The notes: generated by a model from the sequence alone, not told the origin. Shown: positions 50,244 through 63,021, numbered from the stretch's first letter. The stretch: DNA of 64,000 nucleotides from Azolla caroliniana (GCA_043228905.1 JBHGNT010000001.1:24180001-24244000); one strand, 5' to 3'. Numbers and translations: made by a program.

Positions 50244-50648
50244 ACGCTTCCTGCGTGAACCGTTACATGCGTTACAATCTTATATTATTTCCTATTCCTA
50301 CGCTCTTGTCCGTCGGTTACCGTTAGATCCCTTCCAAAAGTGGGGATTGAATTTTGTGGGCCCCTTCACACCGGTGGTGGCCCGTACAGGCAATAAATAC
50401 ATATCGGTAGCCACAGATTACTGCACCAAGTGGGTAGAAGCAAAGGCACTACGGGAGAATACGGCGGCCATCATAGCGAGATTCCTTTACAAACACATCT
50501 GGTGTCGGTTTGGCTGTCCAATTGAGCTTTTCAGTGACTAGGGGAGCCACTTTCTGAATACGGTCGTTCGAGAACTAACGCATCATTACGCCGTAGTCCA
50601 CAAGAAAAGTACGCCATATTACCCACAGGCGAATGGGTTAGCAGAATC

Positions 50649-50732
50649 CACATGATTGGGAGACATCAGAAAATAGGTTCACATGATTGGGAGACATCAG
50701 AAAATAGGTTCACATGATTGGGAGACATCAGA
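50649..50732. repeat. 2.7 x 31-bp perfect tandem repeat
   Basis: CACATGATTGGGAGACATCAGAAAATAGGTT starting at 50649, 50680 and 50711. Confidence 0.93.
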
Positions 50733-53700
50733 TTATAGTGTTAATGTTGAGAGGCAATAGTCCAATTGGATTCAAGAAGCAAAAGTTTCAAGGAGACCAA
50801 ATCAAAATCTGGTGTATTTTTCGCTCTGGAAGCTGAGGATGAGGTTGTTTATGAACCGGAAGGTGTGGTTGTTTGTGAGCTACAAGTCATTTAGTCACGC
50901 ATAAGCTGAGCAGGAAACGCCAATCGACGTGTGGCAGGAGGACCTCCAGCACAAAGATGACGAGGTAGCCGAGCAGGATGTCGGTGGTTATGAAGGCCTT
51001 GGTGAGAGAGATGAGGCAGCCACGAGCTCCACGGGAGCTATCAACATGATGCGGAGGTTGAGGCCAGTAAAGTGCCGGCCGGACAGAGGGATCGACAACC
51101 AGCCGACAGCCGACGCCGAGACCGATGGACGACAACGACTAGCTGGACAGATGATCTAGTAGCCGGTGGTCCACATTGGATAATCGGCCGAATAGGTGGC
51201 CCGGTAGCTGACAAACAGGCGGTGATGGCGACGGTGACAGCTAGCCAAGGACTGAGCCGGTCCGACAGTTTGACAACCAACAGACGGCGGCGGCCGGATA
51301 GACACGACCGGCGGACAGAACTGACTAGACAGCCATGGACAACTAGAGACGAATAGCCGGATGGACAGAGAGCCGACTGGCGGACAGAGACACGAGGGCC
51401 AAGAGCCGGTTGGACAGAAGGGGTGGGAAAATCGCCCCTTCGAAACAAGAGAAGATAGGAACGAAAAGAAGGCAAAGGCGGGAGCAAGCAACAAGCAGCG
51501 GAAGAAAGAAAAAGAAGAAAGAGAAAACGAAGAAAAAGAATAAAAAGATGCAGACAGAAAGCAAGCTGAAGGAAAAAAAGAAAAAAAAAGAAAGAAGAAG
51601 AAGAGGGAAAGGCAAAGAGAGAGAGGGGGCCATAGGGCATCTTGAGGGAATCATCAGAATGTCAAGAAATGGAAGGGCATTCGACAAAATTTTAGAAAAT
51701 GAAAGGGTATACATGAGGGAAATCATTGATGTCACCACAAAATCAATTCCTTTAGCAAATTCTCTACACTCGTCTCTCTATCATATCAATTCGATGCAGA
51801 GAACCTAGCCAAAACCATTTGATGTCTCACATCAAGCGTGAAGTGTTGGACGGAAGATGGCCAACAAGTGGGTGGCCATAGTAAAGCTCATCCCGGGGCG
51901 GACAGCCACACGGTCGAGACGTGCGGCTGAAAGGATGGCCGAGAGGTGCGATCAAGAGCACGGTCTAGAATACCACAGAGACGCGTTGTTGAGAAGACGG
52001 TTGGGACACGCAACCAAGAGGACAGTCAAGATGCGCGGTCGAGAGTATGACTGAGACGCGTGGCCAAGAGTATGGTCGAGACGCGCGTCCGAGAGTACAT
52101 CCCAGATGCGCGACTGAGAGTAGGGCCGAGTGACGGCCGCAAAGACAACCAAAGAGAAGACGAAGAAGTAAGTGTACGAAGAAGAAAAAGAAATAAGAGA
52201 AGAGGGGTAGAGAGGAGAATTTCACAAGCTCAAGGGTATCCATTAAAATTTCAAAACTTTGAGGGTAAAAAACGAAAATTTCTAAAACCAAGGGGTACAA
52301 ATCATGGAATGCCGAAAACACAACTCACATGATGAAAGAAAGAATACACAAACACACAATATGATTTCATGACCCATGCCGCAATGAACTAGCTAATTGG
52401 TGTATGATCCAATCGCGCGTAGTGCTGATCGAACGAGAAGGTTCGAGTCAAGCAAGGCTTCGATCGAAGTTATCAATCGTAGAGCAGTAATCCAGTCAAG
52501 GGAGTTTCCGACCATTGAGATGACCGATGGAGTTCCAGTCGAGAACAGTTGCCATGGCGAGTGGGTTCACCGTGCAATGCACTATCCCACAGGCGTGCCA
52601 TGTGTTACCCGTAAGAATATACGGGAAGGCATAAGGGGTGGAACACGATAATGTGGTTGATGTGTATGTGTAATGTGTATGAGTGTGTGAGGATGAGTAT
52701 CTCTATGAACACATGCACATTTGTGTGTATGTGTACAAAGGTGAGAAAGTGGGTAAGTATAACTCCCTACTTGTCTCATTCTTTATTTGTAACAATTACC
52801 TCTTGTACTACATAAACCCCACCCATGGGGCATAATGTAATATAGATTTTTCCCCTCTCATTTTGTATCACTTCTTATTTTCACTGTCCTGGTTTCTCTC
52901 TCTCACGTAACCCCCTTGGGAGGGGGCTGGAGCCATTTTAAACTTCACCCCCTACCCATTAACAGATTCTTCCTGCCGAATTCCTAGCTCACCGATAAAC
53001 TCCTTCACCCATGTCGGCTTCCGATACGGCCATGTACTCGGCTTCCGTGGTCGACAACGCCACGGCCTTTTGCAACCTTGATTGCCACAAGACAGCTCCC
53101 CCTACATAAGCCATTACGTATTCGGACGTGGATCGGCTGGTATCTACATCAGCCGACATGTCCGAATCCGTGTAACCTTCCAATGTGGGGTTTCCTGAGC
53201 TGAAACGAAGACACACGCTCGCGGTGCCTCTCAGGTACCGTAGTATCCACTTCACGGCAGCCCAATGCTCTTTTCCGGGATTGCTCATATATCGGTTAAC
53301 TACTCAGACAGCGTATCCAATGTCCGGCCTGGTACAAACCATCGTGTACATCAGGCTTCCAACCGCTGAGGCATAGGGGACTTTCGACATCTCAAATTTT
53401 TCGGTTTTCGATTTCAGACATTGATCTTTGCTTAGCTTGCAGTTCGTCGGCAATGTCGAGCCGACCGATTTCACACCTTCCATGCCGAATCTCTGGAGCA
53501 TCTTTGTCACGTACTTCTCCTGTGACAACCATATCAATTTCTTTGTTTGGTCTTGAACAATATGCATACCGAGGATTTGCTTTGCCGGACCCATAGCCTT
53601 CATCGAGAACGACCCACTCAAGGCCTTGTTCCGTGCTCGGATCTTCATATGGTTCCATCCGACAATCAGCATGTCGTCCATGTACAACAGGAGGATGAGG

Positions 53701-54387
53701 AAATCTCCTCCATCAAATTTCTTCACAAATACGTAGTGATCAGCCCGGTTTTTGTGGTACCCGTTGTCGGTCATGAAGGATTCTAATTTTCGGTACCATT
53801 GTCGAAGAGCGTGCTTCAACCTGTATGTTAAGCGTTGGAATAACAACACAATAAGAATGCATCAACAAGGACGTAGTACGAAGAGGAAACGGCAATAGGA
53901 AAGGAAAGCAAAGAGACGGTCAAGTGTGAAAGGCCCATACCCTAAACGTGAAAGCTATATAAACCACATAGTAGTGCTTTGTGGGGGTTCTCCCATTTGT
54001 AAAGATCTCCCATTGATTAAAGCTAGAGCTTCCTCTCCTCCTTTTTGTAACCTTTGAGCTTAAGAGAGATTAGTGAAGTGTTTAGTTAGAGAACACTAAT
54101 CTCTCTCCTTGTTGGTGCTAGACCTCTTAGCAAAGAGGGTTAATAATAGACATACTCTTCCTTCTTATTGTCTATATCTATTAATCTATTGTCTATGAGA
54201 GAGAGCTTGAGAGAGTGAGAGAGATATCGTGCTCAATCATTTGCTAATTGTTGAGTGAGTGTGAGGCTCGGAGGTATCCAACAACCATCTCCGCCCGATT
54301 CGCCATCAAGAGGGTATACGCCGGTCCAAATCCTGCCACGATATCGAGGAGCTTATTCCATCGATACATAGATTCTTAACATCTATT

Positions 54388-54405
54388 TGGCGCCGCTCCC
54401 GGGGA
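54388..54405 (+). promoter_or_regulatory. PBS, tRNA-Asp type
   Basis: TGGCGCCGCTCCCGGGGA, close to the Athila consensus TGGCGCCGTTGCCGGGGA. Confidence 0.85.
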
Positions 54406-54491
54406 TGCGATCAACGCTTGAAGCCTATTTTCGAGTAGTCAAAAACTCGGAGGCAAACCACTCAACGAAGGAAGAAATCGCAAGAGAACCA

Positions 54492-54790
54492 CCATTTTCT
54501 ATTTTTCTCATCATTTCATAGTTTAATTAAGTCCATTTCCTGTTTTTTCTCATCATTTCGTAGTTAATTAAGTCCATTTTTTGTTTTTTCTCATCATTTC
54601 ATAGTTTAATTAAGTCCATTTTCTGTTTTTCTCATCATTTCGTAGTTAATTAAGTCCATTTTCTATTTTTTCTCATCATTTCATAGTTTAATTAAGTCCA
54701 TTTTCTGTTTTTCTCATCATTTCATAGTTTAATTAAATCCATTTTTCGTTTTTTCTCATTATTCCATAGGTTAATTAAGTTGATTTTTTG
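54492..54790. repeat. ~41-bp tandem repeat, about 7 copies, in the 5' UTR
   Basis: Unit CCATTTTCTGTTTTTTCTCATCATTTCATAGTTTAATTAAGT. Confidence 0.92.
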
Positions 54791-54949
54791 TTCATTCGCT
54801 CGGTTAACATTAAACATTGTGTAGATTAGGCCGTTACAGGGCAACCATAATCACCGCAAGTCTCGCGGCTTACGATCACTCCACGGGTCACGAAACGACC
54901 GTTGGCGCCAAAAATTTTGAATTTCCCACGCAAAGTTCGTTGAAAGAAC

Positions 54950-55250
54950 AACCTTTGACGAAGATTCAACCTTCGACGAAGTTTCAACCTTCGACGAAGA
55001 TACAATCTTCGACGAATCTTCATCCTTCGACAAAGATTCATCCTTCGACGAAGATTCAGCCTTCGACGAAGATTCAAACTTCACCGAATCTTCATCCTTT
55101 GACAAATATACAATCTTCGACGAAGATTCAACCTTTGACGAAGATTCAGCCTTCGACGAAGATTCAAACTTCACCGAATCTTCATCCTTTGACAAATATA
55201 CAATCTTCGACGAAGATTCAACCTTTGACTAATATTCATCCTTCGACGAA
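54950..55250. repeat. 18-bp tandem repeat, about 16 copies, with a higher-order duplication
   Basis: Unit AACCTTCGACGAAGATTC. Confidence 0.92.
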
Positions 55251-55274
55251 CCTATAAAAGCTTGACTAGAAAAC

Positions 55275-58200
55275 ATGGCCGGATCCTCATGGACAGAGAT
55301 GTTCAAAACCCGACCCGCATGCCCAGAGGAGTCCATGCAAACCAACCAAACCCACGATGTCGTCCCACCTAACCCGACTCAGTACCATGAAGGGTGGCTA
55401 ACTCTGGGGATACTACCAAACATGAACCTCCCATCGAGCCCAAGAACTAAAGCACTTCTCAACACACCTCCACTACAGGAGAGCCCAATGGCAGACCCAC
55501 TCAGTGTAGAACGACATATACGAGACGCAACGCAAGAGTTACGGGTGATAGAACACGAAATCCATCTATGGACGTTACAGCTTGCGAAAGGAGGACAACC
55601 GGAAAGCACCACTTGAGTCATCGAAGCCATTTTGGCAGAAAGGAAGGATAGATTCGCACGAGTGCAACAAAAACTTCACCTCCTAGAAACATCGTCGCAC
55701 GTGCACCACCCAAGTCAGGAGCACAACCCCGTACCATGTTTGAGCACAACGGGCAATAGCCCAAACGAAGCCCGCGCACAACGACACCCGACATCACCAC
55801 GCATGAGCACAATCCCTACACCTGACCAAGCTACCCCTACACCTCTAAACGTCGAACTCACACTAGTGCTACAATCCATCCAAACTCTCGTAGCATTGAT
55901 GGAAAAAGAGCGTGCACCCACAAACCATCCGAGAAACCTCACAAATGACAGTGGGAAGAGTGCTTCCATTTCTAAACTAGTACCCCGTTTTCTCGGTTTC
56001 GGTGATGCCTATGACCATGTTGAGAGGTTCAAACAGATTTGTCACGCTTATGAACCCCTCACAGAGATCACCAAGGTAGCCGCGTTTGGACTTACACTTG
56101 ATGACGAAGCCAGAATATGGTTTCGAACCTTGAATGAAGACATTGCCGCCGATTTTGAGTATGTCATCGAGGATTTCTTGATAAACTTCGCTCGTAGAGG
56201 GAATAAATGGAACCATATTGACCAACTTTTCGCCCGCAAGAAGCGAACGAAACGGTCAGGGACTACATACGTCGCACGAAAAGCCTGCCTGCATCATCGT
56301 TGTAGTCCGAGCAACAAGATGTCGGATGACAAGTTGATGAGTCGTTTCATTAATGGGTTGTTTGATCCGACACTCTAAAATTTCCTGATTGCCAAGATGT
56401 GTCGATCGTTTGCTGAAGCCTACACAGTAGTGATGACCTTTAAAGATTCGATGAGTGGGTTACAAATAAATACCCACTCACGCACCCACGAACAACCACG
56501 AGAAATACTCTGACTCCACCCCTGCTCTACCCACACCACCGCGAACACCCCGTATAGAAAGACCCCAAGCATACGCCCAATGAGAAAATGTAAGGTGCAC
56601 GGTATGTCACGGACACCACACGGGACATGAGTGTCCCCTCCTTCATCAACGACGACCGCAATACTATAAGTGGTGCAAAGCTTTCGTGATGCATATGCAA
56701 GAGAACTGCTAGCAAGCCCCCACTGGAAGGTATGGACAAACGCCAATGGTGGAACACCCACGCTCACCTCCACCGCTTAGCCGCCCACCACTACCGGTGA
56801 TACTCCCTCAACAACCCCCACTACTGCGCATCGGCACCCACCTCGCCGAACTGGAGTACACCACAGATAACCAAACCCAGGTCGGGGCGAGCACCCCCGA
56901 ATATGAAGAATCGTACCGGGAGTATGGCATTGAAGAAGAGGTGTTGTCCCATTTCGTGTATTTCGAAGGTGACCAAATACCAGTGTACGTCCTGAGAGGG
57001 GAACAATGTGGACCCCCTATGGGATACCGCAACAACAATGGTCTAAGGAGGTCAGAATTGAGATTCTTCAACTGCCAAGGCCCACATATGGTTAGCGAGT
57101 GCCCAACCAAACATGAATACTACAACCGGATGGCCCAACGACCACGACAGCTCCCACTCAACACGCCCCTGCAACCATTGGCGCAAGGTCTCACCCAACA
57201 GTCGCAAGACCTTATCGAATGGTTCTAAAGAGAAGCATCATGCCCAAGGTGCGGTAAAGAACACCTAGTACCTGATTGCCCAGAAAAGAAGAAAAGGGTC
57301 GGCACAAATTTGTTGTCCATTGTACCATCCACAATCGGTGCCAATGTCATCACACGAGCCCAATGAGTAGCACACAATTTAAAATACCAAGATTAAGGTC
57401 TCCCCGTGACCACACATAAGAGACCCAAATCTAGAAAGAAAAATTCCACGCAGACCTCAAAACAAGATCAAGAACCGGAGGGAGACACAAAAACATTACC
57501 TGTCAATCCGAATCAAGAACTACCGGCGCACCTAGCGGCATACCCAAACCCAGTAGCTGAGAAACAAAAGGTAGAAGAATACATCCAGCTCATACACCAC
57601 GAACAGTTTGAAAAATCACTTAGCCTCCCCAGCTTAAACTTCGACCAACTAGAAGAATGGGTAAACCCCTCACCTCCCCCCATCGTCACACCAACCGACA
57701 CCCCCACTTGCCATCCTACCCCGATCAAAGAGGTCAACACAGCCCTACTCCAGCAAATCTTAAATTTAAGATTGCGACTCACATTACGCGAAGTGCAGAG
57801 CTACACTGGCACCTTCACCACCGACAACCCCCTGCTACGACCTCTACTCGCCAAGGAAATAGAGTTCATGCTCGAAGAACTACTCAAACTCGACATTCAA
57901 CCGTGGCACGACGTCCTCCGACGCCTCAATGGTGGCCTATCGGCAGGATATGGTGAAGGGATACACACCCACACTCCTCACACGTCCAGAGTCCTCAAAC
58001 AACCCGAAGGACCACTAGTCGACATCCACGAAGCTCACTTCGAGAGTGACGACACTAGTTTCACTCTACCAGTCTGCGTCAATGGTAAGACATGTGACAC
58101 CATCATTGATACCGAAGCAGGGGTAAGTATCGTCAGTTACGAATGTTGCTGTAAGTGGGGGAGCCCAAGAATGCTTCCTTCCGATGTCAAACTACGAATG

Positions 58201-61200
58201 GCAGATGGGTCCATCCAAAGACCAGAAGGCATGATTCCTGCACATCACTTCACTATCCACGGAGTGGAGTTCAATCTCACCTTCGTCGTCACAAGATCGT
58301 CCAACCATGTAGCCTACGAGAGCTTACTAGGAAGACCATTCCTACGTATAAGCCGCCTGGTAATGGATTTCGGGAATGATATAATCTATATGCGTAAGGA
58401 CAACAAAACCTTCCGCATCAAAGCATACACGCAAAAAGTGCATGAACAAGAAGGCAGCCCTCTCGTAGACGATTGGTCAGAAACCACTGAGTTCGAGACC
58501 AACCTCCGAGTGTGCAAACCCACAAAGACAGTTCAACTCTTGACCGGAGGCCAACACTTTCCTCAAAGCCTCACCACTTCCAAAGAGAAGAACACACGTG
58601 AGAGAGACGACCAATCCGTCGTTTCCGAGACGTCAGAGATGAATTGGGTGCACGCTCTCGCCACAACCGACGCAATGTAGCCTATAGGTACAAAGTGTTG
58701 TGAAGAGGACGGAGAAACAATCTTGTGCTTCAACGTCACCACCCTGGGACCCCGACGAAAAGAAGTAGATGTAAAGGATGAAGACCTGGTACAACGAGTC
58801 ACACGTCCAAGTGACGTCACGACCACTCGGAAGGTTGTGATGGAAGCGGACTTCCCAGAGCATTTCAAACTCTATGAACAAGGGAGTAGGGCAGTGGCTT
58901 GTAAGAGACCACAATGCACCCCCCAAGGCCTAGGAGAAGTCTATGATGAACCAGGAAGGGTGAAAGAAATCGACCTTGGGAAAGGGACAGACTCCAAACC
59001 GGTGTTCATAGCCGCAGATCTCCAGCCCGACGAGGAGGCGTCCTTGATCACCCTCCTCACGGAATTTAGCGACGTGTTTGCATGGTCGTACTTCGACATG
59101 AAGGGAGTCCCAACTGAGGTCGTCACCCATAGTATCCCCATGCGAGCCGACTCCCGCCCAATCCGGCAAAGGCCACGTCCAATGAACCCTAATTACGCCC
59201 AACAAGTGAAAGCCGAAATCAACAAAATGTTGGCGGGAGGCATTATCTACCCAATCGAACGAACTACTTGGGTCTCCCCGATTGTAGTCGTCCCAAAGAA
59301 AAATGGCCAGATCTGCGTATGTATCGACTACCGCCAAGTTAACGAAGCCACTATCAAGGACAATTACCCGGTACCCTACATCGAACATCTACTTGAAAGA
59401 ACCGCGGGAGCGGAAGCGTATAGCTTCATCGACGGGTTCTCTAGGTACAACCAAATCTTGGTGGTCCTTGAGGATCAACACAAGACAGCTTTTGCCACGG
59501 AATTTGGTATGTTCGCGTATAAACAGATGCCTTTCGGACTCACGAGTGCCTTGAGCACCTACCAAAGAGCGGCAGGCCATATCTTTGCAGCAAGGTTACG
59601 ACAAGGGGTGGAGTCTTATGTTGACGACTTATGTTGCAATTTGAAATGGCATGACCACTTGGGGCTACTCCGTTTGACGTTCGAAAAATGCAGGACCTAT
59701 CAACTCTCTCTCAACCCGCTCAAGTGTCAGTTCTAGGTCAAGCACGAAATAATATTAGGACACGTCGTGTCCCGCCACGGGATCTCGACCGATGAGGCAA
59801 AAGTAAAACTCATCCTCAACATGCCACCCCCCACGAACGAGAAACAACTACAAGGGTTCATGGGATACAGGGGTTACTATAGATGCTTCATTAAGATCTT
59901 CGCGGACAAGGCTAGACCACTCTACTCCCTATTAAAGTAGTTCGTGTGGACAGAAGAATGCACACACTCCTTCAAGCTCTTGAAAGAGTGCTTAACTAAG
60001 GCCCCCATCCTCCGGCCTCCCGATTGGACCAAAGAATTCCACGTCCACACCGACGCTTCCGCCTTCGCGATTGGTGCAGTGCTAGCTCAACCCTGTGAAG
60101 GGGCACTCGACCTACCGGTCACCTTCGCTAGTCGCCAACTAAATGCCACGGAACGAAATTACTCCACGATAGAATGGGAGGCTTTGGCCATGGTTTACAA
60201 CGTAAAGAAATTCCGCCACTTTCTTTTGCCGTCCCAGTTCTCATTTTCTGTAGATCATCAGGCCCTACTCTGCTTAGTAAACAAAACTCACGCCACCGGA
60301 CGCATCTCATGATGGATCGTAACGTTACTCGAGTTCGACTTCAAGGTAGTAGTGAGAAAAGGGAAAGACCATGTACTCGCCGATCATTTCTCCCGGATTT
60401 CCAACGGAGAAGAAGCCACTGGGGTCGACGATGAAACACCAGATGCAAAATTATTCGCGATCGACACCGTACCAGCATGGGCATCAAACATAGTTTGTGT
60501 CCTAACTGAAGGAACGTCCTTCTCAAAACAACTACCACGGACACACACGCGTGTCTTGCTAAAGAAATGTGGCCCCTTCATGATGCTTCGTGGAAATTTG
60601 TACCGTCGGGTTAATGAAGATCTACTTCAGAGGTGTATAACAGACCATGATGTCGTCACCACCCTCGAACAAGCTCATTGCGGGAGCGGAAGTGGTCATT
60701 TCAATCACGAGACCACTGCGCGCAAGATCCTCCAGTCCGGCCTACGGTGGCCAACACTCTTCAAAGATGCATACGCGTACATGCGCCGCTATGACGAGTG
60801 CCAACGTTTCAAACACCCGCTAAAAGTGGATTTTAATACGTTAAACTCGGTGGTGGCATGGCAACCATTCGAGAAATGGGGTATCGACTTTATCGGCCCA
60901 ATCAGCCCAGCTTCCAACCCCAACCGATACATAATAACCGCCATCGACTACGCCACCAAGTGGGTCGAAGCTAAAGCTTGCGTTAACGCCGACGCGCATA
61001 GTACTACCAAATTCCTATATGAAAATGTCATCGTACGGTTTGGATGTCCGCTCGAAATCATTAGTGACCAAGGCTCGCATTTCCTGAACCAGGTGATAGC
61101 ACATTTACTAGGCAAGTTTATGGTGACACACCGCAAAAGTTCTCCTTTTTACCCTCGATGCAACGGACAAGCGGAAAGCAAGAATAAGGTGCTATGTGCA

Positions 61201-61824
61201 GTGCTCACAAAGATAGTTGCCGCCTCACGATCTGATTGGAGCACCAAACTCCAAGCAGCATTATGGGCTTTCCGTACTTCCTACAAAGTCGCAACCCGCC
61301 ACACACCATTGAAACTAGTGTACGGGCAAGAAGCAGTATTACCCATCGAGTTCCTTGTCCCCAGCCTCAAGATCACCGTACAAGAACAATGGGACGGGGA
61401 CCCCCTCTTGTCACGCCTAGATAACCTAGAACGACTGACAGAAATCAGCCTTCTCGCATTCCAGGCACTCTTGGTAGAGAAAGCCAATAGAAAGGTGTGG
61501 CACGACAATAACTTCAAGAGTAAAGACCTCGCTAAAGGTGAAATGGCCCTAAGATTCTCCTCTCAACGACACAAGAAGAAGCTTAAGTTACGGGGCGAAG
61601 GCTCGTATGTGGTTTCGGAGATTACCAAGACAAGAACATGTCGCCTACGCATGCTCGAAGGTTTTGACATCCCCGGGTTCATTAATGGGAGCAAGCTCAA
61701 ATGTTACTATGGACCCCTCACACTCAAGGCTCTACTCACGGCTCGGCAACGAGAGGTAGAGGCCAAACTTAAAGCCTCAGAAGGCCGAATGGCCCGGCTC
61801 GAGACCGACCTACGCAATATGTAA
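55275..61824 (+). pseudogene. Disrupted gag-pol of element D
   Basis: Gag 55275-57300, PR ~58070-58400, RT 58950-59940, RH 59944-60400, INT 60480-61710; in-frame stops and frameshifts. Confidence 0.9.
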
Positions 61825-61830
61825 GCGAAA

Positions 61831-63021
61831 TTGAAGCGACAGGGACACGCCCATCCGTCAGCCATGGCTCGGGCGGCCAAACCTAATGACGGAACAATAC
61901 AACTACAATGTTGCGTCGACGACATGCCTTTGATGGCGGTAATCGACACAGGAGCATCGCTAACCCTTTTCTCCTTCGAAACATGGAGACGTCTAGGTTG
62001 CCCAGACCTCGAAGTGTGCAACGACAACTTCCGTGGCTCCGATGGGTCCACGTCATGCTGCCTGGGAACTTTCGGGTGTAGCATCAAGACAGAATACAGC
62101 GTGCACTCAATCCAAGTTCGGGTACTCCCACCCGGAGTGATGTACACACAATGCCTCCTTAGTTTAGATTGGTGCCGCATAAGCGAATGTCTCCTATCAC
62201 CCAACAAACACATCATCTCTTTCCAAATAGGAGATGGACTGAAGTCCGAGGACCTCGTCGCAACAACACTCGAATCACATCCCGCTATCCTCGTTGATCC
62301 CCAAAGTGTGGAGTTACCCAAACAAGCAACACACCAACACTCACGGGCCTTCCCTGGCCAACACGACACTAACATTAGAACACAGACACCCAAACCACGA
62401 GAATGGGTGAACGTCCACACAGTTTTCGCTGAAGGCCCACGCTGCGGAGGATGTGTGGTGTGGCGAGTCAGAAAAATACTCACAACCGCACAAGGTTGGC
62501 ACAATGGCGCCACTAGCTGCTGGGTTCCGAAACGAAACCGACTTCCCGCTCGTGATCGAAACACCCCTGCATGGGACATCAATGAACCCCAAGGCGTGGA
62601 GTCGCTCAACCAAACCGAATGCCAACACCCACAGGCCACCCAAGAACAACACGACTCTAACGTCAGAACACAGACACCCAAACCATGGGAATGGGTGAAC
62701 GTTCACGTTGTTTTTGCGGACAGACAACGTTGTGGAGAATCTGCCATTTGGCGAGTCAAAAAGGCACTCACAACCGCACAAGGTTGGCACAAAGGCGCCA
62801 CTAGCTTCTGGGTTCCAAAACGAAGCCGACTACCCAGTCACGATCATACCACGCCCGCATGGGGCACCCGAAAATCACACACATCAGTCTGGTATCCTGC
62901 CCAAGCTAAAGCCACAGGAATCGACAAGCCTAAACAACTGAGAGACCGAACACCCTGTAGAAAGGTTTTACAAATCCTCCCCATCCCCTTCAAAGTTCTA
63001 GGTTTTACAAACATGCCGTAG
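61831..63021 (+). CDS. Post-integrase ORF: second retropepsin-like aspartic protease plus 2 x 96-aa Trp-rich repeat
   Basis: MAVIDTGASLTLFS..W..LG..FRGSDGS..LG..CLLSLDW; same frame as INT, separated from it by one TAA. Confidence 0.75.
   Translation: MKRQGHAHPSAMARAAKPNDGTIQLQCCVDDMPLMAVIDTGASLTLFSFETWRRLGCPDLEVCNDNFRGSDGSTSCCLGTFGCSIKTEYSVHSIQVRVLPPGVMYTQCLLSLDWCRISECLLSPNKHIISFQIGDGLKSEDLVATTLESHPAILVDPQSVELPKQATHQHSRAFPGQHDTNIRTQTPKPREWVNVHTVFAEGPRCGGCVVWRVRKILTTAQGWHNGATSCWVPKRNRLPARDRNTPAWDINEPQGVESLNQTECQHPQATQEQHDSNVRTQTPKPWEWVNVHVVFADRQRCGESAIWRVKKALTTAQGWHKGATSFWVPKRSRLPSHDHTTPAWGTRKSHTSVWYPAQAKATGIDKPKQLRDRTPCRKVLQILPIPFKVLGFTNMP

Larger units (their letters stand above)
49100..52964 (+). 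mobile_element. Chimeric, deleted Gypsy element C (foreign inverted LTR-like end, INT core, 3' region, 3' LTR 52603-52964)
   Basis: TSD GATTC (49095-49099 / 52965-52969); TGTTA...TAACA termini; INT LPLDPFQKWGLNFVGPF at 50317-50650. Confidence 0.8.
48306..53825 (-). mobile_element. Copia 3' part (3' LTR 48306-48841, PPT, RH, RT), interrupted at 49100-52964 and at 53826
   Basis: TGTT...AACA LTR; PPT GAAGGGGGA; RH YCNNQSAI..KHIQRRYHW; RT LLYMDDML..VPYASAVGSLMY. Confidence 0.9.

Noticed and set aside
51041-51808. Hydrophobic or Lys-rich ORFs suggesting an env or membrane protein
   Set aside because: They arise from an A/G-rich low-complexity tract in the element's 3' region.
54492-55250. Regular repeats resembling a CRISPR array
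   Set aside because: Head-to-tail minisatellites with no unique spacers, no cas genes and a eukaryotic context.
61707-62681. 324-aa minus-strand ORF
   Set aside because: Antisense shadow of the plus-strand protease/repeat ORF with no recognisable motifs.
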